NCBI GenBank assembly: GCA_017476265.1
Contig: JAFVAC010000045.1
Location: 1-61,178, forward strand
Direction of reading: 5' to 3'
DNA length: 61,178 bases
Source: Clostridia bacterium
Lineage (GTDB): Bacteria; Bacillota; Clostridia; Christensenellales; DTU072
Of the stretch, positions 58,501-61,178 are shown piece after piece. The notes beneath the pieces were generated by a model. The model searched no databases and was not told where the DNA came from. It saw nothing but the letters and a program-made list of their open reading frames with translations. The position numbers were made by a program, and so were the translations under genes. The stretch's first letter is position 1. Every line of letters starts with the position of its first letter.

Positions 58501-61178
58501 TACTACTTCCTCGGATTGCCGCTGACCGACTATATCGACGGCGAACTCGAGGAGCGCAAGTTCTGGGATTGGTACAGGAAAGACTCCGGTCTGACCGACG
58601 ATCAACTGACGGCGGAAGACGGCTTTATCTACAATGGCTTGCGCTATCGTCAGATCCGGGAGCGCATCTATCGGATGAACGACAGAAGCCATATCTCCAT
58701 CTCCAAGGACGGCTACAGCAGCTACTTTGAGGACGATATCTACATCCTGCCCAAGGAGACCAACACCGCCGTCAAACGCGACGTGGTGCTTATCAACGCG
58801 GCGAACGAGACCCCGCGCACCATCACCATCACCGGTCACACCTACTATCTGAAGAACACCTCCGCCGATGCCACCAACCTCAGCAACGTGAGCGCTTTCG
58901 GCGGAATGAGCGTGACCTACAACGGCGGCGCGGTCAGGACGGTCAGCAGTCTCCGTTCGGAGGACAAGGGCGCCTACTCGATGCAGATCAGCGTCTATCC
59001 CACTCTGGTGACACACTATAACTCCATCGGCGGCATCTACAACAACATCGGCGGCGTCATGAGCGGCTACAAACTGTACGCACGCGTACAAGACAACGGC
59101 GCAACCCGCGCCGGACTGTCCGAGAGAGCGCTCGACTCCGTCATCAACGGCTTGCCCGACGGCGGAACACTCGATCTGGACCTCGTCTTTGTCCGTGAGG
59201 ACGTCGTGACGACCACCTTCGTCGGACACATCGCCGCCTGGAACGAGTCCACCGGCGCCTACGACGTTGTACCCGACGGCGGGACCTATCAGATCTGGGT
59301 CTCCGTCGCAGGCAAGACGACCGGCGTGACCGACTACTACGACCTCGATCCCGAGGACTACTCGGTGACCGTGGACAAGAACGGCGACTTCTCCTTCACG
59401 GCGCAAGAGTTCGGACTGGAGAATATCGGCTCTTCGACCTATATCGTCAAGTTCCGCAGTGACAAGTACAAGAACTACAACGTGACGCTGGCGTCTCCGG
59501 GTAGAGTCCCCGACAGGAAGAACAGCTCGCTCACACACCGTAGCACGATGGAAGTGATGGAGCAAAACACCACGCAAGTCACCGCGTACTATCTCGACCT
59601 GAAAGCCGCCTTGCGCGAAGAGCACTGGTCGGATAAGGAGACGGACGAAAACGGTTTGGATAAGAGCGGCATCGGCGACTTCGTCAGTCGCATCCGTATT
59701 CGTCTCGGCGCGGACGTCGTGGACGGTCAAGGACACGGCGACGGCGACAACGGCAATCAGGAGTACGACTACTCGTACTACAACGACGCCAGCCATCTGG
59801 AGTACCAGGGCAGCAACGTGGTCGATTATTACGATACCTATACCTACGTCGAGGCGTGGCTCAAGGCGAGCGCTCTCAACGACATCCTCGGTATGGTCAC
59901 CAACCTGCTGTTCGGTATGCTCGGCATCACCGGCGTCTCCCCCGGACAGACCATCTCCGCGTCGGATATCTCTCTCGGCAACTACACTTCGGAGAGCGAC
60001 TTCAATCGCGACTTCTACTCCGACGAAGAACTGAACGACAAGCTCGACGACCTCAAGAAGAGCTTCATCGGTCGCTATAAGGGCAGATATAACGAGAACG
60101 ATATCACCATCGGAGACAAGATCTACGTCGCCAAGGGCGCCTATTATCAAGCGCTCCAGAGCGGCAACGCCAAGATCGGTCCCGGCTTGACCAACTACAT
60201 CATCCACCTCGCGTTGGACAACTTCATCTCGCCCGCCGACCACGCCAATATCCTCGGCGCGGAGATCAGCGTGTGGGACTTCATCGGATTGATGGTCCTT
60301 GCCCCGGGCGTCTTCGGCGCGTTGGGCGCACTCGAAATGTTGCAGGCGATTCCGTACGTCGGCACCGCCCTCAACTGGATCACCAAGCCCATCCAGTGGC
60401 TCGGCAAGATCGCCGAGATCGCCGGCAAAGCCATCGGAGAACTCTTGCAGGAGATCTCGGTCATACTCGGACACATCCTGCCTTTGCAGCACGCGTACAG
60501 TATGTTTATGACCAAGGACCTCAAGGGCAGTCCGCTCTACGACTACAGGAGCGACTTCACCAACGGAGCCCTCAGCGGACAGTATGTCTCAGTCACCGAT
60601 ATGATGGGCATAATGCACGCCGCCGACCTGTACCGCGAGACGCGCGAGTATGATTTGAGCGCGTACGCCAAGATTACCTTCGATTCGGCGTCCCTGTCGG
60701 GCGATCTTGAAAGAATAGACCTGTTCATTAACGCCGCCACTTTCGCGTCCGGTTCGGAGAACAAGAAGCTGGCAAAAGACAACCGTATGGCGGAGTGGCA
60801 GGCAGTCCAGGAAGGTGCTTGGGACTACGACTACTGGGAGTACAACGGCAGAGTCGGCGACTTCGTGACGCGCAAAAACGTGTACGACACCGAGTGGAGC
60901 TATCTCGAAGTGACCGACGAAACGCCCGACGGCAACAGTTTCGCCGACGGTAGCGACGTCTACTATAAGGTACAAGGGGAGGAGACCTACGTCCTCAAGA
61001 GCGAAGCGACGAGCGACGTGACGTACGAGGTGAGCTCCACCACCGGATCCACCGCTCTGTACAAGGGCACGCAGGAAGAGGGCGAGAACGTCCTTAGCAG
61101 TGAGATCAGCACGAAGGACGACCCCTCCGCAACCTTCCGGATCAAGAATCAGGACGTGCGCAAGTTGACAATCATCGA
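34462..61178 (+). CDS. Giant surface lipoprotein, 3-prime partial: at least 8,905 codons (26.7 kb) with no stop, continuing beyond the window
   Basis: The frame is closed by TAA at 34384-34386, and the first ATG is 34462. I read it codon by codon to 61178 and found no stop. Spot checks: 36001 GTQMIPQL, 45001 NESSMDKI, 54001 EYGDDFAV, 60001 FNRDFYSD, 61141 IKNQDVRKLTII. The track lists no + ORF in this frame (position mod 3 = 1) after 34462, yet any stop there would have produced a listed ORF starting at 34462. Composition is coding-like and GC3-rich throughout. Confidence 0.93.
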   Translation, partial: MKSKSRSILTKILLLLLCAALAFAVAACSQRETAGDGTGDDNNGGGGIQRTSTFEQLDLKAAQEYMRRYANNIAPAFDTDDPEWFSLDFSIGFNVNAYEKVDGVYTDSLNPNATQINLVLTVQAVFNLKDNANTSALIQLVDSNSGKTVLGIYYYDSTLYLSFGRKVDGRFAETKYYLEQINMSQVGNALYNVFKGLKEEKDIDLVPFIARILTGQLDISVPLGKFDLKSMMGTIWLILFRTDAMMETTYDEMTRIITQYFNIDMVMGMIKSRKIELLGSTIIEDISWTGFGLPDLDPLLHKVLGFGLDSVLAKDWPSMTMGWNFISEKKGVKANDGTIVQDYVFRGFDINILAETGEYDVTIKADPFRLAAGSTNEMRITDLKNYKLGEANKDKEWFRGSLTNLEANVQLAVNAEKEEQLTINSLLGNLLGDLGAVGQIPLNISGNSHYVFDLKAAVSLDLFNNKNNKAQVTLKYNGAEVFSIYLVPDLQMEQGSSILYNTLYIDTSNLTSGGTQMIPQLRWPKLNLTELLVHQDDDPAKCGPLAKYMKYIDPYYANTTTATRPSNAAGDGEEEGLDIKALLSVFLEQDENHELKHFTFPEGNNRKFDIHLDNHAINELIDVFVPAKAGANVGIYGVSVGLDFAKPFDSIRVKLNVTEDMSISVGIGSDNPDGTYNRGISYLKDPVFEMTAVGIDADGNIMENAEALRSDYKSIEGALDYGATVTGHLTLGSNAGTEIDLSGIMQSIIENVFLAIGIESSSALSIEYEIQAGINLLRIPDVGLLINLYLTDLNGRRLFAYPFLTLYYEGSSDTLYINTQVSATEDMVTQLNSVLPLTKVIDGKIPKLSLANVGIRSALSNLGIDLSGIYNVINGVGTAYNLAVNADGTIDVEYDREGEHLFSLIGSIVRMAPGESDGSKEDGPDIMGLIGSAIHSVDVTDGLIEVVVNAELLGVVLQLAHVDITGEVPQINGNLRVHLGTQRRKDAEGNYLYKEVYTNDKGERAVRVFSYYFDEEEQRTIIRDESGNVVDWTVNFDNVTDALKDSEYISAHLAIVDTAGQEKEAFFIDLVLIDTLSVKKGSELTFIGGHSSSSYTEIHDWVKEAVISVNVELELFISADEEEYLPEKLNSELSGLFDSLLGTDLTHSSDYLERLFQTLAVRFNNGYYVENGLHLGIAVKGNIHVNEIFASNLAVVIYDKNSTDTTGYEASDGTYSVVVGLYVQDGKGYIDLSYLGIDPILISDLEGTYIGAISLLWNNLYNKTTDSSIDTPETYANNTFRDRIEDALYQYFMSNFMSNVYSDYYMAYPTDRYKYVLQSDGYIYIYARYAGGAPSDFTNAFEFTTESNVLTLIYPGATAYEAVDGVINIFGVNGVRLLQIFPVSNSSGVVRISASTRYESKRDLMDFVMKETVLKYFGENFYAQMGYRNFYNLNDFKYLLQDDGYIYLYISKSFYDVFDGEDWSNDIYLKKAGQTYVVDDNAVITVYSSDGVMVTALEPYYDGGVPLRISVSELEERAREEAKELAVLEGNDPPKEIDFAAYLASEAYSAYSKYETAYDAIWNATKAKDGLSGSVSLLMDEEKKLTVKEIKKYIRMVLIANNMATVQARTQNTLVEYLRTDENYTTKFANMGLAAIQASSEYRTLYPSFEESTINEIVEERYASRKVKDSELNAVTYFRMRQNAAFRAEMVDPNATEPSSAPVVISDAESLRLALAPTLLAENLEYKNLEIDHPSMAIANPTEVSLQILYNKSVVTLELSNVAIRAILNLIGFGVVDQYITINDINLGLDFSDGISLEVAVAFENVYSLGLKLNTLRASLDPSRQEDYYAKINLQNYTDKSTTDGVPDAVHVGVTGSLFIQNHSTEGTPDNRPVFRSNDYDLTQALSLALSYSEFRVSDLDAIFAEVKADNADVTMTDDALKVASWNRLYNSELTEEQRAEMDRTYQWAIRDINEYQKSEAGAEKFKDVATDAWADAVEGDDTHYAYAWDVLKKYAVVVDLEEMGVNIILQFLGEMDDSVTFDVELWLNFAKYRRSILKIQLTRYLAAEGEAEQVMTLIYNGETASEDTSAFTGDVLVSTSVFNIGNVILHNVTGIITGVTEIFNNEFFNAVGNALDKFLGLNEETEETASNADFDGAVARTTALRNAASNADMDVKTYVDILFKDGSIGVALAKAALISAIGLTGVDLTEALSAIDLGVQLGLGFKTDVSVTASVYVDHEGNIVEEDEHATRFGLRIGNIEADFDSDIVTDEDLDKDYVEVERLESVGVSWGGRATFEMTDVTRNYNFDYAVKMFTNYWLDGRDPEIGLQVDIADGEVFRQATYFSVAANVNLTTLKNLQNVELYVNFTSEKNYKIYEDLTARRRQMQKILSDNGKSKVRAWDVLKSRLADAPNVNSPYADDFDRAIIDDYLCFRRMQDIENEMLADGTYFTEEERMIACWDKLYGQAGDYYLGNAISIYIVIDAEGVADVYVNLGFLGVEKIRLHDVSAIIQALAKEFGVDVAKLLNRTSTESSSGTAGQTSNAALALNAAVAGAIAKDVLVSVSTKADGSFLAARLAGGAIFALVAAFGVDIERYFGQYTPNVYVSALGEDLAVIDLELTGLFDLSIGVEYPKLSVADKMEYAINKSEYTVIDSSWGTDIKLFMDGELNLGMTGEDERESAEDITSLNFGDLLRGILGNDDFAVDIILEALQSVGADLSFYLEVKANIIQLYQVITSLTGAQAEEGEEEEGEEEEGGINKILSILSASGVELYAEIVNRTPTEDGLIKEDLILGVYLVKELAPNGIDEYLSLYVDMTAFHVGRIKVADFQSTAAALLDRVSAIFGGEGEGDEQNAAVTAEGFLAEDAKKMEFLQYVAYTRMKASETYGTIDYNEYFLKEETGKNADGDGEIEPLADFIHGVVGNTYGVTITATANVLIKLLNEAYNDDKSRSMRAFANYVGDLYKTERTEKRTVIRNIRTRMEEYLQDTATVDYPDGIKYLAWDGLMESETAIDAAHYTIAHNIYLDLAEKNQTLSGNEIKVLAWDAFADSLVKEDEVLETEYNDSNAIAELVRSTANEYTSYYIQGLALDRYNASMETKLNALDAAYAQAVQTVEAMTNISASERDVYVANFSYEYFTKRYTWSKEDTDSYGQIYTKYWTSEEAQFGGNIESKRRQASANAWDEIRLNIRSTYANLISVLAETNGIAKDTYGLDVDVFDIASGRYDDYNETVTYVFKAYAWRKLIQSQGIGEGLAAQYEKASLDNYVAPRRGTIGENEYRFAAWKFMQEDADRALTGAANTHFILRSRMDGDVEVWDKVEIDETYKDAFTTYFEASVARVPELFIETVHGVGILTIGILHEGAVIGADAQVANAYIGLRFNKAGVKVEQNELVHHELVRHTDENGREYQVEEEFAVTSDYLDARGFDLLDANFGYVYAKMDIDFGWELDEGAEYNFATLVATLLTLVGQVNVGDGNPPLVSINERGLYLNGQKLDIAPTLSILDRIADDFRLSLEARVNLFSLFEKGPSNESSMDKISRILATTDISMTLYALDETGAIKEIVLQLVLGRTKDENNEDTSFVYVDAHRFSIQKLYIKDAIDYVKSLLNNSNAQNVYPTGYDVQNGDSIAKTLVAMMAYDVLKDNGGEDGTIFDFFAENAPAGTVNPSIDIELSKNGLAVQIASNAIYTLLTFLGMGNVGSTISAVGDPSIELDIFSAPVIGTDDAGRPIYGDIDGDNDRDLIGIQLNFDSINENGVSTGRGVSVELSLYNVEVSLAQDRYISFNEETSLNRKENGDPEDFAEIDGKLPPIVLSTTLYLEIEEGVSTANLYQDPIKSIMNEKLAGLVLDLALRIADGKKITVAIDVLANLSVGNGEDTDYIKHLKESSVIRIALRVFRVANEVNDDKNKEWAVLTYFNGNLYVDLTNLNSNCIVVENVASMLFGNDADAANAPLIAAIDDLRNAVSAGATVGINAEINKNGIFLIVKRAAIASLLKIFGFGGFDIYTDAALQVYIKSIETNPVTGGENPDPEYSIALGIQIAMGDSLRTGNVEMKPMLGVSVSLYGLTVGFTSVAIEVENIEKYIPFERIDTIYLSTQIILQIADRRGIYDIARLLAVLKEKKYFDINELLGIETIVEPIIELVKSINSEIVINVDVTLGLTAILDGMRRKEEATTEEEKAAIDAEVTNEVIKSVQARLGLAVRQSDGSIGPDVVSITYIRGDIYIDAEGLTSEDGRFSLGRVRIKDVFDLVSALTGSGASNASKEIYASFSEYEQTMIKPIASFADVTDKAAGTINILTDINNGLSVELVKGAIFGLVKYFVKGDKDEDDLDENTQKTYGIITDVETMVTSTIDPGIGLNITPSITLLLTIDLPSTVYNSEDEDALELIAALDASASKWYSANEITYMVYPDELWNTLLSGSALYDAYYINSTEKVNKAMAWVAAGKQNADTAYAKLRSLYPDCTDRQLYVMLYDYMIVEIYGNASLSTVYGYDFSSDDATFGTSERSVKLESFYNDTLKTNAWDAYKQSFLDDGDVQSAAEMDVYLAQASGNKVAAFDEYTAGTGDKPAALNKLYEEDVHKEVIDNLRNNPGLTDVARYRILIQGLMRSVFAAEDSWVAYLSGKTYVTSDGTVIRLSRYDELYTQQKANAFLAYNEIADYYERAMMINAFNYAMGRYEGTYEELLAHAFDKFVNDLKSGVTGYPDALVEDDARVLKFLLWNGMNLYAYYDNFDDMATELGITEDDIYRVFEAGRLMTSVYEGIQEYSLKHNVILNEYSETSLAYDLIFDVQSATDLADAIYVGDAVTVVSEIRSGIVDLILASGYNALKQKLASVDNDENVYSDYQKAIAFTNLVAAYEDILVAMRGNDRIYQRLLAVESGASLKADAFDNLLDLEIKSVLTGIDLSSGESTSGAVHSGYAQSSENNGYEVNPKVYFANHYGIEIEDDLLTMYLVYAQLKQNSSDRFAAADAYVADTANIGNATTICATYVEDSADYLPTYYRGARALARFLYTTGTSLTDEDVAVVKAFAAGKYSALTKEAYYAYFATFKGVGEVNFGQIGTAIEKVREMYDILSEELSQAEKNALSSVNEILKNIITDDKVTAIGTGEQRSNLAAALGDAVRNGSIESVSELLVYPTALAFGEYCTRHPASAIVTTAMEYAGSNAAFTYDAYVKMAVAYGYVGKNGTSADQEELNTYREAFGKKDFSALTPATFRTYFGTFVGNGTRAEEIKVEVARILALYDSIGSVDAVKASAYTTRRRMQSTAESINEMDKLLRAKAFEVLFTDIGEDITGLLASSVNSSVISGMNVITSLARSYSVDNMDVYLAFHEAFRTAAATMFEEIRDDAAALEALLNDNAVRWTEYLESLISDVKKAEVMERVYGAVEGMDAEDRKEYYGKDFNEWVLNYFTLRDAIVNNYIQSVSESVVNNTSGNEVFLYTQAVRDNFNAILTYSIDTYDDAILTNTFSLMKKEAIDDLIGYRETVIEEGEEVEKVYGYMENAVADLDKAENTYYYESINRNNEAAWDPAENDGADYIWKDVVAGVDYTQYSQANFSDRPTKAEVEAVASGDYAALKALVDRAKAVTRSAIEQRVVYEMDTEEMTGSVNYSAEEVMTKQEEELANAEAYFTTWDNNSFLIKYVAYSDYTAGSNAYYAAYDRIRLLNALRDALSTGHDSEYAAFRNAAGYASDLMNEWLDKLSLGATDIAVREAFYDLFAGSTPSDATVASYVSTVKTAYQTAARAVFGDLFAAGLITSALYGNEYRDYIAAYETMKNKSSGNENAGALVNTTTANVLVTGSYADKAAIIELIYRDYTETFSDFDDLMADYHKKSDEYAVAYYEEYLKVMAGTNDVNLVDLRTLAETTFGTVWSGVFDDLKARYETWTSGSSRATDMAGLLLEIDSMYSVTVPERDDAFLNFARSLNSSVTNLGGYNNLSANNKLTLMGQVLRALATGEETVGAAYTAASDFLSEYLTFVYDNRLKYGLPENVAISVAQNYYEPFKTYVGYLTEAVASGEAATYPMSGLMAYFFEIGFSFNGINAPFRELFDQYALVNTDYYILTDEAFRSALVADYAILNPSATEVTDIDKAFAAVRLVSTTSASAYTGDQATSYARVKAVIAALNDPSALTSEIFEDYYADLLSKEEAERMENALRLKELLSSGSIGTEMLDLITFDEMSEILEQYLSVAEEDAVVALYDVSYDGAVTAKAFDAFYLDALDKVDDLAELKLGLGIAGAGTSIKVDYTQIVNSETGASSIPDIIPDVAPESGGVSKGDFVDYTDLTLRLNVNASLSIALDQGSTSISEILGLINLPVDLDLDVEFLASHTLYVTIEGQLGINFANFLSGDSDKISDSVVGELALTYYLIDHDDLGENVRFRQVLVHLWIYGPKVYGQVELFDSHLSVILPIDIGSILVDKLNVGGSDPVTDAVNSFVRQAYYGVDKETADGMLNPFEEFVTVARNADNTLQDIVKVLLRIDTDETVLVLTADILSEVVKVMFDQQNLTREMQDLVHLVFTEGEVAIEYGDDFAVKVGIHKSSDEQYDYAGYDIELSLLHDTMVSLDKDVYDDLYDGITEFDKEGGFDSFFPFNLNMDPEASTIEVLRSVIGNRTNLSFSLYVESDMLKNVLDWSKLFNVQEVATYFQLRILNNAHGRLRLEFALDIDIEEITFDFYIRAYNTDEKNIFNVYYVGGILNFDGDEGELNPRFYMDSGDFGHDKLLFTPQHGINFLGINFVNIFFALIGNDYRYDLMPTNAAVNADDEGESVTDILMRVDWSQVVESITFGKGTIGIKLASGVIKAFLGAFFEFDFDDLGNINLELDNVANTLKITLPLDPPIRAEDGSVLNESKMSFIVGLSDVNVSVGERENFFGEEAGLKGSTLSERFAGYEDIDQYVWVAELNSSLHVNDDFNTVLDLTGVTSRLINGLALNILSGDDLDIEILFALRVYVDFADLANMRFELEVSHGDGNGVSTGRILDIKYVGAPDNGTLYVDLDGLGYPKVSIGGVNLGGLVKELLRKLETNIVGDDEEASNADGTVTNDVSDAEKLAKQYPDISSMEFGQNMLLFVYSHEEVSIAITGSLLLTLLNNLSDVLVENGGSALPDILLTLPEFSYLKIGRDDADHVSGIQLVLDENKQFSIRYNVDKSYSHLKKRDDLVDVTDMTVVNDRDASDYTSIDAIKNVHISLELDLTLQTVNPQTGEKSEIISGFEDLLENLLGLQDGTIMFDLQDTVTTVAIILDVAVDLANPENSVIRIDIDYNDDTLIGLYYVGGVLYVDLGRLGLFRASINGIDLASILGELLTGDLFTEEGVDVSGLLAGLLNAESLTEGATGTVTKSSSFIRQETLASAIDDFVAAMGSLASSGINSGYTYDQVYSMWSLMSYAEVTDLNNVSASARTEILDKATEGMHDDWSSFLGYDFESYLTEAKKVFAAATKDYGKKTVDELKEILSVETDANKKLATNLYVAQLTTLVDLLEAESIHALTFDEMSESLVRYIAKEYLWDKTVELNGATLSAMDFIYPTERLFRKAINDTLNAMTATYKGVSVQALGDLLVATKNILESDPDYADGYGTWQYKNLSKDFVKTMIVSVINAARDRLDSAYGLDDDTYKSMRAQALAKFGIYETDTKTATGTVGSSGQALINVILENDSVKINPNARVLTLLLSRIMPGKNIVIPNFNRLEISMDTMAGLNNLSVSLRLDEQGNRLNLAVPVGGLSLVINDGVGVLSGGRDMSLSEVVSLPDTLSEFGGLTGLSLNASGFNLSTTALVNSILDSIFIDNLCIYLEHRADYWTRKDLFRKYPVADATGPTRYADEDDGYLGDNVAAMKWLLKIVNVIHNIYNIYATFKEGKWLGYITGGAGAISSMFADDIKEPVFMRNQYARGKLAVTKTLENYIDAEIGTPSYKQGTIVAHIDSARLLLELGVELVVNIFIFKLDIGNMLKGMKSDDSEVTHNGLDLTSLIGLAIFPDSLFPEKSDAGSSGAFYGHVTDQDGNPIVNANISISNSRGDHRTAKTDENGYYYFLGLPLTDYIDGELEERKFWDWYRKDSGLTDDQLTAEDGFIYNGLRYRQIRERIYRMNDRSHISISKDGYSSYFEDDIYILPKETNTAVKRDVVLINAANETPRTITITGHTYYLKNTSADATNLSNVSAFGGMSVTYNGGAVRTVSSLRSEDKGAYSMQISVYPTLVTHYNSIGGIYNNIGGVMSGYKLYARVQDNGATRAGLSERALDSVINGLPDGGTLDLDLVFVREDVVTTTFVGHIAAWNESTGAYDVVPDGGTYQIWVSVAGKTTGVTDYYDLDPEDYSVTVDKNGDFSFTAQEFGLENIGSSTYIVKFRSDKYKNYNVTLASPGRVPDRKNSSLTHRSTMEVMEQNTTQVTAYYLDLKAALREEHWSDKETDENGLDKSGIGDFVSRIRIRLGADVVDGQGHGDGDNGNQEYDYSYYNDASHLEYQGSNVVDYYDTYTYVEAWLKASALNDILGMVTNLLFGMLGITGVSPGQTISASDISLGNYTSESDFNRDFYSDEELNDKLDDLKKSFIGRYKGRYNENDITIGDKIYVAKGAYYQALQSGNAKIGPGLTNYIIHLALDNFISPADHANILGAEISVWDFIGLMVLAPGVFGALGALEMLQAIPYVGTALNWITKPIQWLGKIAEIAGKAIGELLQEISVILGHILPLQHAYSMFMTKDLKGSPLYDYRSDFTNGALSGQYVSVTDMMGIMHAADLYRETREYDLSAYAKITFDSASLSGDLERIDLFINAATFASGSENKKLAKDNRMAEWQAVQEGAWDYDYWEYNGRVGDFVTRKNVYDTEWSYLEVTDETPDGNSFADGSDVYYKVQGEETYVLKSEATSDVTYEVSSTTGSTALYKGTQEEGENVLSSEISTKDDPSATFRIKNQDVRKLTII
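42640..42678 (+). repeat. Short tandem repeat encoding EEGEEEEGEEEEG within the giant ORF
   Basis: GAAGAGGGC followed by two copies of GAAGAGGAAGAGGGC. Confidence 0.85.
58384..58533 (+). other. CarboxypepD_reg-like beta-sandwich domain within the giant ORF
   Basis: GAFYGHVTDQDGNPIVNANISISNSRGDHRTAKTDENGYYYFLGLPLTDY matches the family pattern G.V.D..G.P...A.V.......T.TD..G.Y.F..LP. Confidence 0.6.
60259..60380 (+). other. Hydrophobic, possibly membrane-inserting segment within the giant ORF
   Basis: EISVWDFIGLMVLAPGVFGALGALEMLQAIPYVGTALNWI is the only long apolar Gly/Ala/Leu stretch I saw after the signal peptide. Confidence 0.4.

Noticed and set aside
34486-60975. A string of long minus-strand ORFs, for example 37009..38784 (591 aa), 39826..41805 (659 aa), 42088..44151 (687 aa), 47128..48954 (608 aa), 49132..51450 (772 aa), 51700..54606 (968 aa), 54997..56838 (613 aa) and 58312..60492 (726 aa).
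   Set aside because: All are in the codon-aligned antisense frame of the giant + ORF. Their translations are Val/Asp/Gly/Arg/His-rich with no signal, motif or RBS. Their boundaries coincide with rare sense TTA/CTA/TCA codons. The + frame gives a coherent protein with promoter, SD and signal peptide.
1-61178. tRNA, rRNA, riboswitch or T-box leaders, for example upstream of alaS or lysS.
   Set aside because: alaS and lysS sit 50-60 nt behind the preceding genes, leaving no room for a T-box. I recognised no cloverleaf-like or rRNA-like sequence in any intergenic region.

Overview
This is a 61.2-kb chromosomal window, by eye about 55-60% GC with strong GC3 bias. Gene content and order look typical of Bacillota/Clostridia: a greA-lysS-(YaaO-like decarboxylase)-tmk-holB-yaaT/PSP1 operon, parB, alaS, ybaK, a luxS-like gene, rubredoxin plus a flavodiiron fusion, a heterodimeric ABC exporter and a P1B metal ATPase. 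The first 34.4 kb holds about 32 mostly ordinary genes on both strands, five predicted lipoproteins, two XRE-regulator cassettes and several odd intergenic repeat/hairpin arrays. The last 26.7 kb (34462 to the window end) is one uninterrupted + strand reading frame. The supplied ORF track does not list it because it has no stop inside the window. It has at least 8,905 codons, a consensus sigma-A-type promoter, a Shine-Dalgarno site and a lipoprotein signal peptide, and I recognise no enzyme motif in it. It is built of diverged beta-looking modules with a recurring LY[VI]D[LT]..LG-type motif and long helical tracts with a recurring A-W-D motif. Near the window end there is a CarboxypepD_reg-like domain and a hydrophobic segment. 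All long minus-strand ORFs over this region are codon-aligned antisense shadows. Separately, three conserved genes (alaS, parB, the flavodiiron fusion) each carry a single in-frame stop at a position that should be a sense codon, while TGA and TAG act as ordinary terminators elsewhere. I recognised no rRNA, tRNA, CRISPR array, transposase or phage gene.
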